From positions 160,001-224,000 of IMG/VR virus record IMGVR_UViG_2061766007_000586: 64,000 bases of DNA, one strand, 5' to 3'. The notes under the pieces were generated by a model, which saw only the letters and a list, made by a program, of their open reading frames with translations, was not told where the DNA came from and did not search any database. The position numbers were made by a program, and so were the translations under genes. This stretch comes from a virus. Taxonomy: Duplodnaviria; Caudoviricetes. Numbering within the stretch: the stretch's first letter is position 1; each line of letters starts with the position of its first letter. This document shows positions 59,354-64,000 of the stretch, in pieces.

Positions 59354-59854
59354 TTATTCTGGTTTGTTGTTGGAAGATGGATTAACATTTACTCCAGCTT
59401 CTTTTAAAAATTCTTTGTCTTTACTCTCCCAGTACTTATGGACTTTATTCCATTTTTCCCAGAATTTATCATCCAAAGTCTGGAGAGATTCGACACTGTT
59501 AGCTTCTTTTAGCTCATCAGTAGAGATATTGTTAAGACGTTCAAAAGAACAGCATTTATCAAAATCTCTTTGATTTGCTTCAGTCACTTTATTAAGGGAC
59601 TGAATCAATGCTTCGAAAGTTTCGATAACAGATTGACATTTCAGATTTGCTGTACCTTCAGAAAGTTTTTGAATTTCTTTGAGTTCAGTAATCTGAGTTT
59701 GAAGAATACTAACTACCATATTTCTTGCTTGAATTGTGGTGTTAGTAAATCCCATATCTCCGGTAAGAAATTGACGAACAATATCTCTATCGCGAAGATA
59801 GAAAGGTTTGAGTAATTTCACCAATTCTTCTTCAGTAAATCTGGCTTCTTTCAT
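59354..59854 (-). CDS. Hypothetical protein
   Basis: 166-aa ORF in an operon. Confidence 0.55.
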   Translation of the reverse strand: MKEARFTEEELVKLLKPFYLRDRDIVRQFLTGDMGFTNTTIQARNMVVSILQTQITELKEIQKLSEGTANLKCQSVIETFEALIQSLNKVTEANQRDFDKCCSFERLNNISTDELKEANSVESLQTLDDKFWEKWNKVHKYWESKDKEFLKEAGVNVNPSSNNKPE

Positions 59855-60459
59855 GGTCTATCTCCTTTTGAAGGAGTTTCATATACAGGATCAGGTTTAC
59901 GAGTATGAGGATAGCGAGGATCTTCATCAGGAGGATTATCTTCCTTCCCAACTAAACTGCTAAACATACCACGCATTGTAGATATGGGATTTTTATTCCC
60001 ATATAACGCTTTATCTGCAGCGTTTTGAGACAGGATAGCTTTCTTGAGTTCTTCCTCATGCTTGGCTTTTTCTCTTGCAAGCTCATTTTGATCCGTGTAA
60101 TAATGCTCCATAATGTTCTGAAGATCAACCCAGCAGTGATTGAGGCAAATGTGCCAGTGACCTGCTTCAAAGAGATACCACCATTCGAGCATATCCCATG
60201 GAGACATGTGAATCATTGCTTCTTTGTTAGGAAATATCATTATCGGACTATCGTCATCATCACTGATAGCGCATTGTTCCGGAGTACATCCGATACGATC
60301 AAAATTTGCTCTTTCAAGTAATTTTTGAACACTATCTTCTGATTTATAATACATTAGAAGATAGTCGCCTGTACCATGCATGGGATGAGCCCATTGACAA
60401 TACCTGGCTGCAATAGTTCCGTCTTTCAGCCTGAGGCCAATAAGTGCACGTTCTCCCAT
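59851..60459 (-). CDS. Conserved phage hypothetical protein (MGxRxxIG..YCxW type)
   Basis: MGERALIG, RYCQW and EWWYLF..W motifs. Confidence 0.6.
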   Translation of the reverse strand: MGERALIGLRLKDGTIAARYCQWAHPMHGTGDYLLMYYKSEDSVQKLLERANFDRIGCTPEQCAISDDDDSPIMIFPNKEAMIHMSPWDMLEWWYLFEAGHWHICLNHCWVDLQNIMEHYYTDQNELAREKAKHEEELKKAILSQNAADKALYGNKNPISTMRGMFSSLVGKEDNPPDEDPRYPHTRKPDPVYETPSKGDRP

Positions 60460-60461
60460 AA

Positions 60462-61049
60462 TTACTTTTCCTTATTCGGTTTTTGTTTCGATCTGGATTT
60501 GTATTCCTTTTCTGCAGCGACTAATTCACTCGTATTTTTTGCACGAGTTAAATCGCCAATAAGGATAGATCGATTTTGAATTTTTGACTGATTACGAGTA
60601 ATGAAGTTTCGGCAAGATTTTTCTTCTTTTTCTACTGATGCAATGAGCACCTCAAGTGCTTTCTTTGCATCATGGTTGGCAGTAGTACTGATATAGTTAC
60701 TGAGAACCTTGAGCTGAGATTTTCTTGTCCGAATTAATTCAAGTTGAGATCTGATAAATGTGACGTTGTCGTTAAGTGCGGAAATCATTGCATTATGACT
60801 TCCGATGAGATGATATTTCTTTTTCAGAAATTCTTCCCTATCCAGAGCCATCTTAGTTAAATCAGTAAGTGGTTCAAATGGTTCTGGATCTACGACGTTA
60901 GAAGTGTCGATAGTTGCTAATTTTTGTTTAGCAAAATCTGACATTGCTGGATCTACTTTTTTACAACTGAAGTTTTCTTCTTTTGTAAACAGATTTTTGA
61001 GCCGGGTAAAGAAACCCGGCCTATACTCTTTACCATCAAAGGTTACCAT
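60462..61049 (-). CDS. Coiled-coil hypothetical protein
   Basis: 195-aa ORF with a GGAGG RBS. Confidence 0.55.
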   Translation of the reverse strand: MVTFDGKEYRPGFFTRLKNLFTKEENFSCKKVDPAMSDFAKQKLATIDTSNVVDPEPFEPLTDLTKMALDREEFLKKKYHLIGSHNAMISALNDNVTFIRSQLELIRTRKSQLKVLSNYISTTANHDAKKALEVLIASVEKEEKSCRNFITRNQSKIQNRSILIGDLTRAKNTSELVAAEKEYKSRSKQKPNKEK

Positions 61050-61052
61050 TTG

Positions 61053-61265
61053 TTACTCCTCCTTGATTCGGATCTCGTGCCCACAGCAAGGACAGTGGAT
61101 ACAAGTTGTTGCTCGTGTAATGGAAATAACTTTATGATTTCCATCTATTTTACTTAAGAGTCTATCTAATTCCTCCAATTCTTCTTTAGTTAAATTGTTG
61201 AGAGTATCTTTAGCGTCTTGTTTTACCATTTCATCAAGATATTCTTGCTTCCGTTTACGTTTCAT
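61053..61265 (-). CDS. Small protein with a C-terminal CPCCG knuckle
   Basis: CIHCPCCGHEI. Confidence 0.5.
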   Translation of the reverse strand: MKRKRKQEYLDEMVKQDAKDTLNNLTKEELEELDRLLSKIDGNHKVISITRATTCIHCPCCGHEIRIKEE

Positions 61266-61785
61266 CTTCTTTCCTTTTATTGTGCTTGTTTACTATTTCA
61301 TTAGAATCACCAAAGCAACTAGGAAAATTCTTAGCAAGATTATACTGAAGGGTTGAATGAAGTTTGTCAATACGAGTAAAGTAATCTTGACCGATATCAT
61401 GAAGAGCTTGTAAACTCTTAGCGACTTTTGTATCGTTTTGTGCTTTTGCTGAATAACGAATGACATCTCGCAAGAATTCTGCATGATACTTATCAATCTC
61501 TTGGATATTGGTAAGACCTTTTTTCATCTGACCTAATACTTTAAGAGAAGATTTTGCCAAATCTTTCACGTTGTCAGGAACTTTGTCATGTTCTGAAATA
61601 GCAGCTAATGCACCATTAAGTGCATCTATTTGTTGCTGCATTGTTTCGAACTCTTCAGTATTCATGCCCTGATACAACCAACCTGTTGCCATGAATTTGG
61701 CACCAGAAAATTCCTGTCTTGTAAGAGTTCTCACAAGTTCAAGAATAATAGGCGAATAGAACCCATCTCCGTGCATTCCAGGCAT
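61255..61785 (-). CDS. Hypothetical protein
   Basis: AAGGAG RBS; 176 aa. Confidence 0.55.
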   Translation of the reverse strand: MPGMHGDGFYSPIILELVRTLTRQEFSGAKFMATGWLYQGMNTEEFETMQQQIDALNGALAAISEHDKVPDNVKDLAKSSLKVLGQMKKGLTNIQEIDKYHAEFLRDVIRYSAKAQNDTKVAKSLQALHDIGQDYFTRIDKLHSTLQYNLAKNFPSCFGDSNEIVNKHNKRKEDET

Positions 61786-61798
61786 ATATATTCTCCTT

Positions 61799-62215
61799 TC
61801 ACATGATATAACGAGTTGTAATGAACCAGAAGATCATAGTAGCTACAATTTGAAGAAAGTGAGCCATCTGATCCTGATTCAAGTTGAAAATACCGAGATT
61901 TGCTTTCATGTGATCTACGATCGCATGGATAAAAGCATTGCCGAGTACAAGAATACTCCAAACAATAGGACAAAGTGTAAAAGCCATAGGAAGGAATGTG
62001 ATAATACTCCATTCAATTGAATGAATAATAAGAGCAGATATCCAGTCTTTCCAATATTTGTTTGGCGTTGGGTTGTCAGGAATGTTCCAATAATCCTTAC
62101 ATTTGTAACTTGATAAAATTCCTTGAATATTAAAATCTGAATAAATGTGAAGGATAAGACATGCTGCAAACATGTAGATTGGGTTGTGAAGAATGTTGAT
62201 AATGAGATCTTTCAT
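61799..62215 (-). CDS. DUF3307-like membrane protein
   Basis: HIYSDFNIQG, IHAIVDHMKAN and DQMAH motifs; TM helices. Confidence 0.75.
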   Translation of the reverse strand: MKDLIINILHNPIYMFAACLILHIYSDFNIQGILSSYKCKDYWNIPDNPTPNKYWKDWISALIIHSIEWSIITFLPMAFTLCPIVWSILVLGNAFIHAIVDHMKANLGIFNLNQDQMAHFLQIVATMIFWFITTRYIM

Positions 62216-62706
62216 TTTATTTTTCCTTGTTCGTGTTTGCGTACAACATAAGTGTTGAATGATATTTTCATTGTGTTAGCATGATCGATAGCTTGAGCAC
62301 AAAGTTGCTCTACCTTCTGTATAGCAGGATAGTTATTATGATCTGGATCATAATGTTCCAAATACCAATTCACATGAACGTGAAGTTGCATTCTAGTAAG
62401 GTTGAATATTTGTCTATCATAGTTTCTGATTTTATTTAGAAACTCATCATCTATGGGTAATTGATCTGTGTTAATATTGCAGATATTTTCAAAAGTTCTT
62501 TTTCTTATATCTTCTTTTGTATGAAGATATCTCTCTATGATTTTGCTGATATTTTGTTTATAATCTTGAAGTATTTCGCAAATAGTATTTGTGAATTCAG
62601 ATTTAGAATCTTTTGCTAATTCACACATACCATCGACAAAGTTAATTTCACTAGCGATATATTTGAGATCGCAATCAGCTATGTTGAAAAGGGAAGTAAT
62701 GTTCAT
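62212..62706 (-). CDS. Hypothetical protein
   Basis: 164-aa ORF, translationally coupled. Confidence 0.55.
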   Translation of the reverse strand: MNITSLFNIADCDLKYIASEINFVDGMCELAKDSKSEFTNTICEILQDYKQNISKIIERYLHTKEDIRKRTFENICNINTDQLPIDDEFLNKIRNYDRQIFNLTRMQLHVHVNWYLEHYDPDHNNYPAIQKVEQLCAQAIDHANTMKISFNTYVVRKHEQGKIK

Positions 62707-63236
62707 TTGGATTTTTTCCTTTTTCTCTGTGGGTGTGATTTCCGAAGAAGAAACGCGAGTATACAGTTATCAAATGATAGTTGCATCCTGTTAGCATATT
62801 TTGAGCAATTAGAACACAATTTTTGTAGATTGTATAATTTACCAAATACACTAGCATCTGATATATGCTCAAAGAAATTTCTCATATATAGATCTAATTC
62901 TATTATGTAATCTTTGAACGATGCTCTATCACGATAATGTATCCAAAATAAATGTTTTTGTTGTGGTAGATCCATCAGAATCATGTTTATGTTTATGATT
63001 GATAAATCTGGTTTTATCGATATAGATGAAAATTCTGTTGCTTCTTTTAGAACTTTGTAATTCTGCATAGTTGTATTCAGATCTTCCTCAAGTTCTCCAA
63101 GTATATTATTCACTTGAACAAAAAATTCACATGATTCATCTGGTATCGATTTACGAATTTTTTTCAGATTATTAAGTTCATTTCTCAATAATCTAAGATC
63201 CGTATTAATGACCCTATTCATTGCTCCAAGTTTCAT
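62703..63236 (-). CDS. Hypothetical protein
   Basis: Likely start MKLGAM after AAGGAG. Confidence 0.55.
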   Translation of the reverse strand: MKLGAMNRVINTDLRLLRNELNNLKKIRKSIPDESCEFFVQVNNILGELEEDLNTTMQNYKVLKEATEFSSISIKPDLSIININMILMDLPQQKHLFWIHYRDRASFKDYIIELDLYMRNFFEHISDASVFGKLYNLQKLCSNCSKYANRMQLSFDNCILAFLLRKSHPQRKRKKSK

Positions 63237-63355
63237 GTTTCTCCTTATTAAAGTAAAGTGAATAAAATAAAAGTCCACTCTCCAATTAAGGAGAGTGGAC
63301 TAGGCTAATAAGACAATAAAGACAATAAGCTTTATTATCAGGAAGGGGTCAAATT

Positions 63356-63432
63356 TGGTGGACGATGACGGATTCGAACCGCCGACATTCACGGTGTAAA
63401 CATGACGCTCTAACCAGCTGAGCTAATCGTCC
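63356..63432 (-). tRNA. trnV: tRNA-Val(TAC)
   Basis: Cloverleaf, TT-TAC-AC loop, A-CCA. Confidence 0.93.
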
Positions 63433-63436
63433 AAAA

Positions 63437-63551
63437 TGGTGGGACAGGTTGGACTTGAACCAACGACATAGGCGTTATCAGCGCAAAATAGTTGCTGTTA
63501 GTATCCGAGACGGATACATTTTACTTGCTCTACCTTCTGAGCTACTGTCCC
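63437..63551 (-). tRNA. trnI: tRNA-Ile(GAT) interrupted by a 39-nt insert in the 5' strand of the anticodon stem
   Basis: Removing 63485-63523 gives a perfect 76-nt tRNA with AGGCG-CTGATAA-CGCCT. Confidence 0.85.
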
Positions 63552-63563
63552 AATATTTTAAAA

Positions 63564-63639
63564 TGGTGGATCTGGTAGGGATCGAACCTACGACCCAGGG
63601 TTTATGAGACCCTCGCTCTAACCTCTGAGCTACAGATCC
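63564..63639 (-). tRNA. tRNA-CAT (elongator Met or Ile2)
   Basis: Cloverleaf, AGGGT-CT-CAT-AA-ACCCT, A-CCA. Confidence 0.93.
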
Positions 63640-63640
63640 A

Positions 63641-63720
63641 TGGAGGTGTGAAAGGGATTTGAACCCCTGGCTTTACGGTTTTGCAAACCGTTCCGTTGGA
63701 CCAGACTCCGGCATCACACC
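63641..63720 (-). tRNA. trnC: tRNA-Cys(GCA)
   Basis: Cloverleaf, ACGGT-TT-GCA-AA-ACCGT, T-CCA. Confidence 0.92.
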
Positions 63721-63753
63721 ATATATTAAAGTAATATATACAGAAAAAAGAAA

Positions 63754-63863
63754 TGGCGGAATTGCTAGGATTAAATACCTAGATCTTCAAGCCACTGCAG
63801 TGTTCGACTTGACACTCTACATACTCTTATGGTGGTGGTCGAGTATATTTAAGCTACAATTCC
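63754..63863 (-). ncRNA. tRNA-like RNA with a hairpin inserted in the D-loop and an abnormal anticodon arm
   Basis: Acceptor GGAATTG/CAATTCC + G-CCA; T-arm CTAGG-TATTTAAT-CCTAG; ATACTC/GAGTAT hairpin in the D-loop; extended TCAAG/CTTGA arm. Confidence 0.65.
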
Positions 63864-64000
63864 AATAGTATATAAAGCCTTAATAAAAAAAATAAGGTGC
63901 TTTGAAAGCACCTTACTATGATTAAGCAGCAATCTTTTGAAGTGCTCTATCAGGAAATAAATCTAATTCTCCTGATATATATTTGTTATTACTGATATAT

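Noticed and set aside
63305-63335. Short direct repeat aagacaata x2 as a possible CRISPR remnant
   Set aside because: Too short and without spacers; no array was seen anywhere in the window.
1-64000. Stop-codon reassignment or a suppressor tRNA
   Set aside because: Known genes are full length in code 11, and no canonical tRNA with a CTA, TTA or TCA anticodon was found.

Overview
This window is 64 kb of an AT-rich lytic jumbo phage genome of the phiKZ-like (Chimalliviridae-type) lineage, and I see no sign of stop-codon recoding. The left part (0-24 kb) holds phiKZ-like head and baseplate structural genes and a GroEL-like chaperonin. The middle (24-47 kb) holds a dNMP kinase, GT8 glycosyltransferases, an NAD-dependent ligase, a DHH phosphoesterase and four paralogous tail-fibre genes. 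The right part (47-64 kb) holds minus-strand early/accessory genes and tRNAs. AIDA-like beta-helix repeats and GxPLP/PEP-CTERM-like proteins suggest a Lentisphaeria/PVC-type host (inference). The most unusual content is non-coding. Besides seven canonical tRNAs there is a tRNA-Ile(GAU) with a precise 39-nt insert in the anticodon stem, at least six aberrant tRNA-like cloverleaves, an ORF-free, helix-dense region of about 0.8 kb downstream of three of them, and several smaller structured RNAs. The phage also encodes apparent stand-alone fragments of host transcription proteins (NusA-NTD, sigma region 4, alpha-CTD). All protein family calls come from motifs recognised by eye, not from database searches.
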